Assembly (NCBI GenBank): GCA_963662265.2
Contig: CAXXHA010000003.1
Span: 32,001 to 96,000, forward strand
Direction of reading: 5' to 3'
Length of the DNA stretch: 64,000 nt
Source of the DNA: Spirochaetia bacterium
GTDB lineage: Bacteria; Spirochaetota; Spirochaetia; CADAEX01
Shown: piece by piece, positions 20,980 to 30,603 of the stretch
Position numbering within the stretch: the first letter of the stretch is position 1
Layout of the letters: the number at the start of each line of letters is the position of its first letter
Notes under the pieces: generated by a model
Seen by the model: only the letters and a program-made list of their open reading frames with translations
Database searches by the model: none
What the model was told of the DNA's origin: nothing
Translations under genes and position numbers: made by a program

Positions 20980-22864
20980 TCTGCCGGATAAAGCTGTTTA
21001 TCTGCAGTTTTGATAATTCTTCCGACAGAAAACAGTTCCTGGAAAATGCTGAAAAAAAATATAAAGATACTCCCGGTTTTAAAAAAACATTTATTGATTT
21101 TATTTTGTTCAACAGATTGGAGAATTTACTGGGGGCGGATATTATTATTTCTGAACCGGTTAAAGAAAGGCAGCTTAAAATTCACGGTTTTCCTGACATA
21201 AGAACATTCAGTGAACTGGCTAATATCAGTGCTGTTTTTGAGAAGCTTTCTGAATGCCTGGGTAATACTGATCCGGCAGATACAGCACTTCCTCCTTCTC
21301 TTTTTTTCAGGAAAGGTGATACAGTCGCGGAAATATTCAATACAGAAAATACCAATTCTGCTGAGATATCTGATATTATTGATTTCGATTCAGACAGTTT
21401 TAATGTTGAAAGATCTGAAAACATGCAGATATGCAAGGCTAGAAAGAGCGGCTATCTAGTTTCGTCCATCGGAAGACTGTCAATTTCCTCACCAGTGGTA
21501 TTTTCGAGTGTGAGAAAACAGAAGTATATGTTTATTATTTTCCTGTCATATACAGGAAGAATGATCTTCTTGATTATATTTATAACTGGTTTAGCCAGTT
21601 TTCTGTAAAATACCCCGAAGCCCCGTTCCGTGAATTACCTGACAGAAAGTATCTTGAGAATTCTGATGCGAACAGGTTTCTGGCGATAAAAGGTAATACA
21701 GCTGTAAGCGGAAGGGATGCTTCAATTGAAAAACTATGCTGCTATACTGACAGTATTGCTGATGAAGAGGGGAGAATCGATCACAGATCTTTCAAAAGAT
21801 ACACAGTTGTAGACAAGGACCAGCTTCTTTTCAGAAAATTTAAAAAACTTGATCCTGTCCCCGGAGTCGATATTTACGGCAACCGGATTGAAGTAGATGA
21901 AAGCAGCGACAGGGAAATAAAAGCGGAAGGATTAATCAGGGAAGAATCTGAAGGGGAGTATATAAACTATTATTCTGATTCTGCAGGGCTCTTTTCTTTC
22001 GAAGAAAACCGGGCTCTGGTTGAAGAGGTGATGATAGTCGACGGAAATGTTGATTATAGGACAGGCAATATTGATTTTCCGAATAATGTTAATATCAGGG
22101 GTGATGTTGCCCCCGGGTTCAATGTCAGAAGCGGAAAAAATGTAATTGTCGAAGGCTGTCTTGATAACGGTTCATTTGTCAAATGCGGGGGGGACCTTGT
22201 TGTAAAAAACGGGATAATCGGCGAGGGGACCAGGATTGAATGTGAAGGTGATGTTTATGCTAATTATTTTTCAGAGGCAGAGCTTTACTGCAGCGGTAAG
22301 ACTGTAATTGAAAAATATATGATGGGCGGTTCAGTTTTTTCGGAAAAAATGATTGAAGTACATGGAAACGGAATAAAAAAACCTGAAATATCTTCTGTTT
22401 TCGGAGGCAGATACTACTCAATGGGGAGTATTTCAGTTCATTCGGCAGGAAATATGAACAGAAGCACTCTTCTTTGCTGCGGCTATAATCCATATCTGGA
22501 TTTTAAACACAGGGAAACAGTCCGCGCGTGTGCAGCAGTTGACAGTGAAATCTCCGGTATTTTAAACCTGCTTCGCGGCAGGTACGGTATAACTGAAAAC
22601 CCTGAAACTGCAAAAAATAAAACAGCAGATGAAAAAAGACTTATAGTGGAAAAACTGAAGAAACTGAAAGAATTGAATAAAACACGGAACAGCCTTTCAG
22701 AGCTTGGAAACAAAATACTGTCAGATATTTATTCGCATGAAAACAGCAATATATCTGTTTCAATACAAAAATATTTAATTCCTGTTGTCGAAATCCAGAT
22801 GATCAGGGATATTCAGGTTATCAGGGAAAAGAGAAGCAGTGAAATTTTTAAACTGCCTGATTAA
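20976..22864 (+). CDS. FapA / DUF342 family protein (frameshift near 21520)
   Basis: GVDIYG upstream, then VDGNVDYRTGNIDF..NVNIRGDV..GF beta-helix and a coiled coil. Confidence 0.8.
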
Positions 22865-22989
22865 TAATAATATTGTCAAATCATTGTTTAAACAATGTTT
22901 CATGCAGATATAAATACTTGATTATTAAGCGGATATACCTTTAATATTGTATCGATATTATACAAAAACTTATAAATAAGAGGCTGCCA

Positions 22990-24243
22990 TTGGGGACGAA
23001 GAATTCAAAGATATTGTATTTTCTTATAATGCTGATATTATTCCTGATTATTTCCGGATTGCTGATTGACGGTCCGGGAAATGCATTGAGGAGTTTTTTC
23101 AATCTTCAGGTACTGCCTGCAAGGCTTTTAAATGATTTTATTCAGACAGGAAGTATCGGGGGAACATTAATAAATGCTGCTCTTGTAGGAGCTATCGGCC
23201 TGTTCCTTACAGTAATTCTCAAGGTACAGCTGTCAGGTCCGACTTTTGCTGCAATTTTCACAATGATAGGGTTTGGATTTTTCGGAAAGACAGTTTTTAA
23301 TATTATACCTGTAATTACAGGTGTATATCTTTCTGCAAAAATTGTCAGAAAAATGCTTCGTGAATACATAATTATTGCGCTTTTCGGAACTGCACTCGGC
23401 CCTCTTGTAAGCCTTATAAGTTATGAGATTGGTTTTACAGGGATAAAGGCAGTCATTGCAGGAATAACAGGCGGAATAGCTGCAGGTTTTTTTCTTCCTG
23501 CAATTGCGGTTGCAATGCTCCATCTGCATCAGGGATATAATCTATACAACATGGGGCTGTCATGCGGGTTTTTCGCATTATTTGCAGCTTCGTTTGTAAA
23601 AGCGACAGGTTACAGGTTTGAGACTGCTGTTGAATGGTATACTGAAAAATCACTGGTCTTGCAGTTTCTTGTACCTGTAATATCTGCTGTCCTTATAACA
23701 GCAGGTTTAATATCGGGAGGGAAAAAGTGTTTAAAAGATTTCCGCGATATACAGAAACTGTCAGGACGTCTTCCTTCCGATTTCATGGATCTCTGTTCAA
23801 TAGAGGGATCTCTTTTAAACAGCGGGCTTATCGGGCTTGCAGGCTCTCTGTATATCTATATAATCGGTGGGGATTTCAACGGTCCTGTAATCGGAGGATT
23901 ATTTACAATAATGGGGTTTGCCGCATTCGGAACCCATTTTAAAAATTCATGGCCGGTTGTACTTGGTGTAATTCTCAGTTCCCTGCTGTTTTCCCAAAAC
24001 CTTTCATCTCCCGGACCTGTTCTTGCTGTAATTTTCTGTACAACTCTTGCTCCCCTTGCCGGGCAGTTTGGTATTTTTACCGGTATAACAGCAGGATTTA
24101 TACACCTTGTAATGGTGCTTCAGACAGGCAGCTGGCAGGGGGGATTAAACCTCTACAATAACGGGTTTGCAGGCGGAATTACTGCTACATTAATAGTTTC
24201 TGTTATACAATGGTACCGGATTAATAAATCTGATTATTCATAA
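22990..24243 (+). CDS. DUF1576 domain membrane protein
   Basis: Two internal repeats (GFGFFGK / GFAAFGT; HQGYNLYNMG / GGLNLYNNGF); multi-TM. Confidence 0.85.
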   Translation: MGTKNSKILYFLIMLILFLIISGLLIDGPGNALRSFFNLQVLPARLLNDFIQTGSIGGTLINAALVGAIGLFLTVILKVQLSGPTFAAIFTMIGFGFFGKTVFNIIPVITGVYLSAKIVRKMLREYIIIALFGTALGPLVSLISYEIGFTGIKAVIAGITGGIAAGFFLPAIAVAMLHLHQGYNLYNMGLSCGFFALFAASFVKATGYRFETAVEWYTEKSLVLQFLVPVISAVLITAGLISGGKKCLKDFRDIQKLSGRLPSDFMDLCSIEGSLLNSGLIGLAGSLYIYIIGGDFNGPVIGGLFTIMGFAAFGTHFKNSWPVVLGVILSSLLFSQNLSSPGPVLAVIFCTTLAPLAGQFGIFTGITAGFIHLVMVLQTGSWQGGLNLYNNGFAGGITATLIVSVIQWYRINKSDYS

Positions 24244-24266
24244 TATAATCTATCAGGAGTTTTTCA

Positions 24267-24644
24267 TTGAAAAGAAAAGATTTTATCCTGCATCTTATCG
24301 GGGAGATTGCAAACTATATTCTGGAAGAAGATCCCAGGAGAATGGTGATTTCACTGCATCAGGAAACAGACGGGCTTCACCTCTGTATACTTGATGATAA
24401 TTCTCATTCTGATGAGGAAATAGAAAAGATGGAAAAGGCTTTAAACAGCCAGAAAAGACCGGAGCTTTCCGGGTATTACGGTGCCATGACCGGGCATGAT
24501 CTTCTCGGCTCTTCCCGGCTCAATCTTATCGGGTGGCAGATCAAGCATGCTGATGTCAGCCGGACAGACAGCGGAATAAAGATTGACCTGTGGCTGGGCG
24601 GAGACAGGTTTGACAGTAATAATTTCAATATACCGGAAAAATAA
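24267..24644 (+). CDS. Hypothetical protein co-transcribed with the DUF1576 gene
   Basis: 125-aa ORF with AGGAG RBS, followed by a terminator. Confidence 0.8.
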   Translation: MKRKDFILHLIGEIANYILEEDPRRMVISLHQETDGLHLCILDDNSHSDEEIEKMEKALNSQKRPELSGYYGAMTGHDLLGSSRLNLIGWQIKHADVSRTDSGIKIDLWLGGDRFDSNNFNIPEK

Positions 24645-24657
24645 AAATTCCCGAAGT

Positions 24658-24697
24658 AAAAAAGCTGTACCAGGGTTATTCCAGTACAGCTTTTTTT
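24658..24697. terminator. Bidirectional intrinsic terminator
   Basis: AAAAAAGCTGTAC...GTACAGCTTTTTTT between convergent operons. Confidence 0.85.
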
Positions 24698-24719
24698 AAA
24701 CTTTTAAATATGAATGTTA

Positions 24720-26132
24720 TTATTTTTTTACAATAGTTTTTTCCGGAGCATCAAAAACCATTGTTGCTCCCTCAATATTGATTACATCCCCGGGTTTCAG
24801 TACCCGTTTTTTTACAGCCCTGTTGTTAACCCTTACCTCATTGCTTGAAACAAGTGTGTAGCTGTCTGTTTTTTCATCCCTTACTATTGTCGCATGTGAT
24901 TCCCTGATTGACGGAATCCCTGTTATTGTATAATCAGCAGATGCTGATCCTCCGATTACAGTATTCTGTGACGAGATAAGCATTGTCTTCTCAAGAGCCC
25001 TTCCTCTTCCCCGGCCTGAAAGCAGCTGTGTCAGTTCCGCCTGATGCGCCTCTTTTTCCAGTTTAAGGAACAGCAATACAGCAAGTATTATTACACCTGT
25101 AATTATAAGAATAAGGGCGGGAAGTGGTGAACTGAGACTTCCTGTTCCGAATATAAGTGCCGGTGAATATGACATGCTGTCATCTGCCGTATTATTGAGA
25201 TTCACATCAACTGAAGGAGCCTTTGAAAAAGTAACAGGAACCCTGACTCTTATTCTGAACTCCTCATTTATGCTCTTTCTTATATTTTCATAAACACCTG
25301 TGAGTTCCTCTTCATTTGATGCATCGAAAACTCGTCCTCCCGATGTTACAGCTATCTCAGCAAGGGGGATGTCTTTCTCTTTTGAAAAATTCACGGCATA
25401 AAGTGTTACTTCGTTTTCGGAAAGCGCTTCTGCTGCCTGACCAGGCAGGTAACTTTTATCTCCGAGTTCAGGGTGCTGTTTTCCCGATACCTTGAAGTAC
25501 GGGTAATTCTCTCCATCGGAGAGAAGTATAATTGCTTTCCTTCCGGCAGTTTTTCCCATTTCTCCTGCAGCCTTTATTATTGTGTAATAAAGCTCTGTAT
25601 ATGATTCCTCCCTGGTCGGTTTTTCAATTGTCTCAAATATATCGTTTATGCTGCCCAGGTTCACGCCTGGCTGAGCGAGCAGGGAGAAATCCCTGTTGAA
25701 AACAGCAACACCCCCAGAGTCCCTGTCCTGATCAAGTCTGGAAAAAAAGGTCCTTGCAGCCCTGACTGCAGCTGAAATCCTTTCAGTTTCCGGATCTTTA
25801 TCAGTTTTCTCATACATGCTTCCTGAATTATCCAGAAGCAGCATAAATGTAATTCCATCTGAGCTTTCACTGTTTTTTCCGGTTTCAAGCACTTTAAGCG
25901 GCTTTGACCCGGATTCATCTGTCTGTGTAAGACTGATTGATGATCCGGGATTTTTTATTTCAAGAGGTTTGCCCCCCTTATCTGTTATCCTGACATAGCA
26001 GTCGACTGTTGAGGATATAAAAAGCCTGGAAGTATCAAGCTGTGATATTGATATATTTTCCCCCCATGCAGGAGAAGATGCGATTAACATGATAAAAGCT
26101 GTTTTTAATATTGATTCAAATGTTTTTCTCAT
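24720..26132 (-). CDS. Exported vWA domain - TM - cytoplasmic FHA-like protein
   Basis: Signal peptide; MIDAS DNSGS, T, SDG; one TM (LPALILIITGVIILAVLLFL); C-terminal FHA fold (VIGG...HATI...VNN...LKPGDVI). Confidence 0.88.
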   Translation of the reverse strand: MRKTFESILKTAFIMLIASSPAWGENISISQLDTSRLFISSTVDCYVRITDKGGKPLEIKNPGSSISLTQTDESGSKPLKVLETGKNSESSDGITFMLLLDNSGSMYEKTDKDPETERISAAVRAARTFFSRLDQDRDSGGVAVFNRDFSLLAQPGVNLGSINDIFETIEKPTREESYTELYYTIIKAAGEMGKTAGRKAIILLSDGENYPYFKVSGKQHPELGDKSYLPGQAAEALSENEVTLYAVNFSKEKDIPLAEIAVTSGGRVFDASNEEELTGVYENIRKSINEEFRIRVRVPVTFSKAPSVDVNLNNTADDSMSYSPALIFGTGSLSSPLPALILIITGVIILAVLLFLKLEKEAHQAELTQLLSGRGRGRALEKTMLISSQNTVIGGSASADYTITGIPSIRESHATIVRDEKTDSYTLVSSNEVRVNNRAVKKRVLKPGDVINIEGATMVFDAPEKTIVKK

Positions 26133-26142
26133 TTCTTTCTCC

Positions 26143-27030
26143 TTAACGCGCAGGCAGGAACAGGAGTTTCACACTTCCTATCTGTATGACATCTTCATAC
26201 TGTAGACGCTTCTTACCTGTTTTTTCCTCATTTATGAAAACTTCCCCCTCAAGTGATTCAAGTACTACTTCATCCCTTGTTGAGACAAAAAGAGCATGGC
26301 TGCCTTTAAGTCCAGAGTAATCCTCAAAATCAATTGCACTTTTTTTGTCAGATCCCAGAACTGTTTTTTTCATAATCAGAACATATTCCTTGCCCCTGAC
26401 AGGGCCTGTCAGCACTTTGAGCATTCCGAAGGCTTTCACCGATTCAAACAGCGAATAGAAAAGCCCTATTGAACCTCCCATGATAAGGAAGCCTGTTCCT
26501 CTTGCTGCAAATCCGCTTTTCATGAAAGTTGTTATGAATTCAAGAACAGCTCCCCCTGCAAATCCTCCGCTTAATCCTCCTACCACTCCGATCCATACCC
26601 TGTTAGGTGACCGGCTTCTTATCCCCTCTATTGCTCCTACTACAGCTCCCAGAATCATCCATCCGACAGCCCTGCTGATCGGTAGTATCAGATTTTCCGC
26701 AGTTTTCAATGTGAATATATCAGAGCTGATAAGCGCACTCAGAAGACCCTGTATCAGAAGAACGACAAGAATCCCGGACGCTGCTCCTGTTGCAGCCCCT
26801 GCAAGGCCTCCCTGTATACTCCTCTTCCTGTCTGAAACAAGAATCCCCTCCGCTGTTCCGAAACTGAATCCGAAAAAGAGTCCAAGCAGGGCACCTTCTG
26901 AAAGGGAGAGAACCAGGTAGCCGCCTATTCTGCTTCCTGCAAGGAGCAGCAGTTCCATGCTTCCCCATGCGCAGAGTGCCCCTGCAAGCCCCAGTATTAC
27001 CATCAGTATTTTTCTTATTATTAAATTCAT
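26143..27030 (-). CDS. Multi-TM glycine-rich membrane protein with a C-terminal FHA-like domain
   Basis: About 6 Gly-rich TM helices, then LTGP..GKEY.L...VLGS...HA...FIN...LQYEDVIQIG. Confidence 0.85.
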   Translation of the reverse strand: MNLIIRKILMVILGLAGALCAWGSMELLLLAGSRIGGYLVLSLSEGALLGLFFGFSFGTAEGILVSDRKRSIQGGLAGAATGAASGILVVLLIQGLLSALISSDIFTLKTAENLILPISRAVGWMILGAVVGAIEGIRSRSPNRVWIGVVGGLSGGFAGGAVLEFITTFMKSGFAARGTGFLIMGGSIGLFYSLFESVKAFGMLKVLTGPVRGKEYVLIMKKTVLGSDKKSAIDFEDYSGLKGSHALFVSTRDEVVLESLEGEVFINEEKTGKKRLQYEDVIQIGSVKLLFLPAR

Positions 27031-27045
27031 TTGTTTTCCTTGTAA

Positions 27046-28629
27046 TTATTCCCTGTACAGTCCCGCCTGAAGAACCATAACATCCTGGCTGTTGTTAATT
27101 TTTAGTGAAAAGATTTTATCCCTGTATCCGGATGCTTTTACAAGTATTTTTATTACTCTTCCGGACATCAGTCTTTCAGCCTCTTCAATAGCCACCCATT
27201 TATTTCCCTCTCTGAGAAATATTTCCGCTTCGGAAATGATGTCATCTCCTGTGACTGCATCCCTGACATTCGGAATAAATTTCAGAGGCTGCGGATCTCT
27301 TTTGTGCCTGTAGTAAGTCACAGCTTCTCCGCCCCTGGTCTTTGATTTTTTCCATGGTTCGACAGTGAATGAGTTCCAGAAAACTTCGTTTGAAGCTGTA
27401 ATTTTCACCCTGTAGTTACCTTGCTTCAGAAAAACCGGAAGTGAAGTGACTGATGAAAATGATTCGCTGCTGTCGTTAATTAAAAAGAGAGGCATGTCAT
27501 CAACATCAGGTATTTTTTTATCATCATCAACAAAAATTGATATATTTACAGAATCTGCATCAAGAGGAGGAATATCGGCAGGTGTTTTTACAGAAAACAC
27601 AACTCTTCCGTATGTATCAGGAAACAGAAGTCCCCTGTACAGCTTGAAATTATATACAGCTGATCCTGCTGTGAGAAAAATAAGCAGAAGCACTGATGCT
27701 GCAGTTATTTTCAATCCTTTCCTCTTAAGCTTTATTCTTTCAGGGATTGTGATTTCCTTTACCTGAGCTGCCTCCGCAGTACTCTGAACAAGCTGTTCTG
27801 AGTTCCATTTCTTTATTGTTTTTTCAAGCAGCAGAATAACAGGATCGAGATTTTTGTATCTCTTTTCCCTGTTTGTTCTCATGGCTTTCCTTATGAAGCG
27901 GAGCAGGTTCCTGTCAATTCCCGGTATTATCTTGTCCGGTGAAGTATATTTACCTGTCTGTATGTTTTTCATCAGTTCGGGTGAGTAGCTGCCGGGAAAA
28001 GGTTTTTTCCCTGTGAGCATCTCATATGCCAGTACTCCAAGTGAGTATATATCTGCCCTGAGATCAACGTTGCGTGAATCTTTAAACTGTTCGGGAGGCA
28101 TATACCCCGGAGTCCCGAGTGTCATCCCGTCAATAGTAAGCCCCTCTTCCTGGCTCTCTTCCGATGAGGCAATTCCGAAGTCTACAATTTTGACAGCGCC
28201 CTCTTTTGAAACAAGTATGTTTGCAGGCTTTATATCCCTGTGAACAACTTTTTTTGAATGTGCATATTTAAGGGCTCTTGCAGTATTCAGAAGTATGTAT
28301 GCTGCAAGGCTTGAGTGGATATAGCGGTTGTTCAGTATCATCTCTTCGATTGACATTCCGTCAACATATTCCATGACAAGGTAATATGATGATCCCTCTT
28401 TAAAATGATCATACATGCTTACTATATGATCATGTCTGAAATCCATCAGTATTCTTGCTTCCCGCTTAAATCTCTCTGTTATCGCTTTCCTGCTGGAGAG
28501 GGTCAGCTTCTTGATAATTACCGGCCGCTTGAGGGTGGGGTGCTCAGCCTTGAATACTGCGCCCATTCCCCCCTTTGCAATAAGTGATTCAATCTCATAT
28601 TTTCCTATTGATTCAGGTAATTTTGCCAT
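27046..28629 (-). CDS. Hanks-type Ser/Thr protein kinase with a TM and an extracytoplasmic domain
   Basis: AKGGMG, IIK, RFKREA, HRDIKPAN, DFG, GTPGYMPPEQ, DIYSLG; one TM; ATG 28629 abuts the upstream stop codon. Confidence 0.95.
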   Translation of the reverse strand: MAKLPESIGKYEIESLIAKGGMGAVFKAEHPTLKRPVIIKKLTLSSRKAITERFKREARILMDFRHDHIVSMYDHFKEGSSYYLVMEYVDGMSIEEMILNNRYIHSSLAAYILLNTARALKYAHSKKVVHRDIKPANILVSKEGAVKIVDFGIASSEESQEEGLTIDGMTLGTPGYMPPEQFKDSRNVDLRADIYSLGVLAYEMLTGKKPFPGSYSPELMKNIQTGKYTSPDKIIPGIDRNLLRFIRKAMRTNREKRYKNLDPVILLLEKTIKKWNSEQLVQSTAEAAQVKEITIPERIKLKRKGLKITAASVLLLIFLTAGSAVYNFKLYRGLLFPDTYGRVVFSVKTPADIPPLDADSVNISIFVDDDKKIPDVDDMPLFLINDSSESFSSVTSLPVFLKQGNYRVKITASNEVFWNSFTVEPWKKSKTRGGEAVTYYRHKRDPQPLKFIPNVRDAVTGDDIISEAEIFLREGNKWVAIEEAERLMSGRVIKILVKASGYRDKIFSLKINNSQDVMVLQAGLYRE

Positions 28630-28630
28630 T

Positions 28631-29653
28631 TTACTTACTCTCCGGTTGTTTTGTATTATCAATATAATGCAGACCAAAATTATTTTCAAAGCCTGATGCA
28701 GTTTTGAGGAAAACAACAGGATATCTTAGCGGATTATGTATCTGAATATATTTTCCGCCGGCCCTCAATCTGTACATTTCAGTCACAGGCCTGTGCCCGC
28801 CGTACATCATTGCCTTATTGTTGCCCGGAAAGTATTCATCGAGGTATTTTTTTACAGTACCTTGTTCTGATTCCCCGTTGTCTGTCCATGTAAGATCATA
28901 TATTATTTTTCTCTTCTCATAACAGGATATAATTTCATCTCTTGTGTAATAATTTCTCGGTTCAGCATGAGTTATGCAGCAGAATTTTCCTACAGCCATT
29001 ACAGGCAGGAACTTTTCAAAATCATAGTACCTGCTTAAGACAGATGTTCCCAGGAAACGCTTTGACCAGTTTTTCACCATTTCCCCTTCTGATGTGAATT
29101 TGGCAAATGACCGGTTGTCTTCTGTTGTCTCATTCATGATATTTTCATGATTGCCCTTTAGAAAATGAAAATTTTCACAGAAGCGTGTCTTCCAGTCCAT
29201 GACAATAAGCATCAGATTGAGACTGTCTCTCATTTCACTGTCTATTGCCTTGTGCCTGACAAATCCCCCCCTGTATTCACTGTATGCTTCAATCCATCTT
29301 GCTCTTTTCAGCCCCTCGCTGTGAAAACCGTCTCCGGCACATACTACCTGTATTTTACCCTCTTCAAGCAGCTTTAAAACAGGCTTATCCATTCCGGGCG
29401 GAATCCAGTATGCAAGTGTCCTCATGTAATCCACTCTTGCATGCAGATCAGGCACAATAACAAGAGGCAGGTCTTTAAGCTGAATGAGTCCGCCCGGATA
29501 TCCGCCCCTGTCACGGGGACGGATAAGCGGATTTTCATTATCCATTACTTTTTTAACCTGCTTAAGTGCGGCCTGCAGTTTTTCAGGTTCCGGGTATTTC
29601 CTTCTCCTGATCAGTTCCTCCAGCCGGAAATAAGCGCTGCCTGTTTTTAACAT
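28631..29653 (-). CDS. Calcineurin-like metallophosphoesterase (putative phosphatase)
   Basis: PDLHA, GDGFH, GNHE, THA, GGH metal-binding motifs. Confidence 0.88.
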   Translation of the reverse strand: MLKTGSAYFRLEELIRRRKYPEPEKLQAALKQVKKVMDNENPLIRPRDRGGYPGGLIQLKDLPLVIVPDLHARVDYMRTLAYWIPPGMDKPVLKLLEEGKIQVVCAGDGFHSEGLKRARWIEAYSEYRGGFVRHKAIDSEMRDSLNLMLIVMDWKTRFCENFHFLKGNHENIMNETTEDNRSFAKFTSEGEMVKNWSKRFLGTSVLSRYYDFEKFLPVMAVGKFCCITHAEPRNYYTRDEIISCYEKRKIIYDLTWTDNGESEQGTVKKYLDEYFPGNNKAMMYGGHRPVTEMYRLRAGGKYIQIHNPLRYPVVFLKTASGFENNFGLHYIDNTKQPESK

Positions 29654-29662
29654 ATCTTTTTA

Positions 29663-30196
29663 TTATTCACTTATTAATGTTTTGTTTATTTCTATAAACT
29701 CATCTGTAAGCTGATGAGTGACCTGAGTTAGAAGTTCGTTTGCTTCTTCATATTCAATTGATTCCCTGACAATTGCTATTCTGTAAACAGGGGAGCTTTT
29801 ATCAATCGGCCCGTTTTTGAATTTTACAGCCTCATCAATGCTTATATCTTCTGCAAGCTGTGAATTACTCTGCTGAAGGAAATCCGGAACATCTGTCCTG
29901 AATCCGACACTTGTATATTCTGTCTGTCTTCCGTTTTCTTCAAGCGGTCCCAGTTTTATCAGCGAGCCTGAATAGGTCATTACAAGAGCTCCTCTAGTCT
30001 CTGATGCGGAAAAAGAATCCGCAGGTTCAAGTTCATTTTCCTCTATCTGTCTGTTGAAAACCTCATCTTTTTCAAGCCATCCGCCTGCCAGTATTTCAAG
30101 AGGATCTTCAGTGATGTCTGAAAGCTGTATATTGCCTGAAAGCTGTTTCAGGTGGTTCTGGACTCTTTCCGATACCTTAGAAAAATTGTTTTCCAT
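29663..30196 (-). CDS. Uncharacterised 177-aa protein (domain X), first gene of the kinase operon
   Basis: GAGGGAG RBS; homologous to the N-terminal domain of 30604-31485. Confidence 0.88.
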   Translation of the reverse strand: MENNFSKVSERVQNHLKQLSGNIQLSDITEDPLEILAGGWLEKDEVFNRQIEENELEPADSFSASETRGALVMTYSGSLIKLGPLEENGRQTEYTSVGFRTDVPDFLQQSNSQLAEDISIDEAVKFKNGPIDKSSPVYRIAIVRESIEYEEANELLTQVTHQLTDEFIEINKTLISE

Positions 30197-30603
30197 TTTA
30201 TTTCTCCCTCAGCAGATAATCTGCTTTTTTAAACTACCAATACGGTTTAAAATGTAATTACATATTTTCTGTTAAGCACATACTCCGGGGTATGTGCTTC
30301 TGATAGGAATGGATTGTATGTCGGGTCTGAGACTCAAAAACCATTCATATCCAAACCTTTCAATTTTTTTAAATTATGTTGCAAGCTACGGGATCAGACC
30401 CTCCTTGCGAATAAATTAATTTATAACACAGATAATACACCATTTTCCAGAAATGTCCATAAAAATCGGTGAAATTTGAAAAAAATATGATATAATCATG
30501 AAAAACGGCTTGTTTCAGGTATTTTTTTACTGTTAAGGTATGTAAAATACATGAAAAGCCAGTTAAAAAAGACCTTGAAAAAGTCTTATACAGGAGTTGT
30601 AGT

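Noticed and set aside
24720-29653. Type VI secretion-associated kinase/FHA/vWA cluster
   Set aside because: No Tss/Hcp/VgrG/ClpV genes and no PP2C phosphatase in the window.
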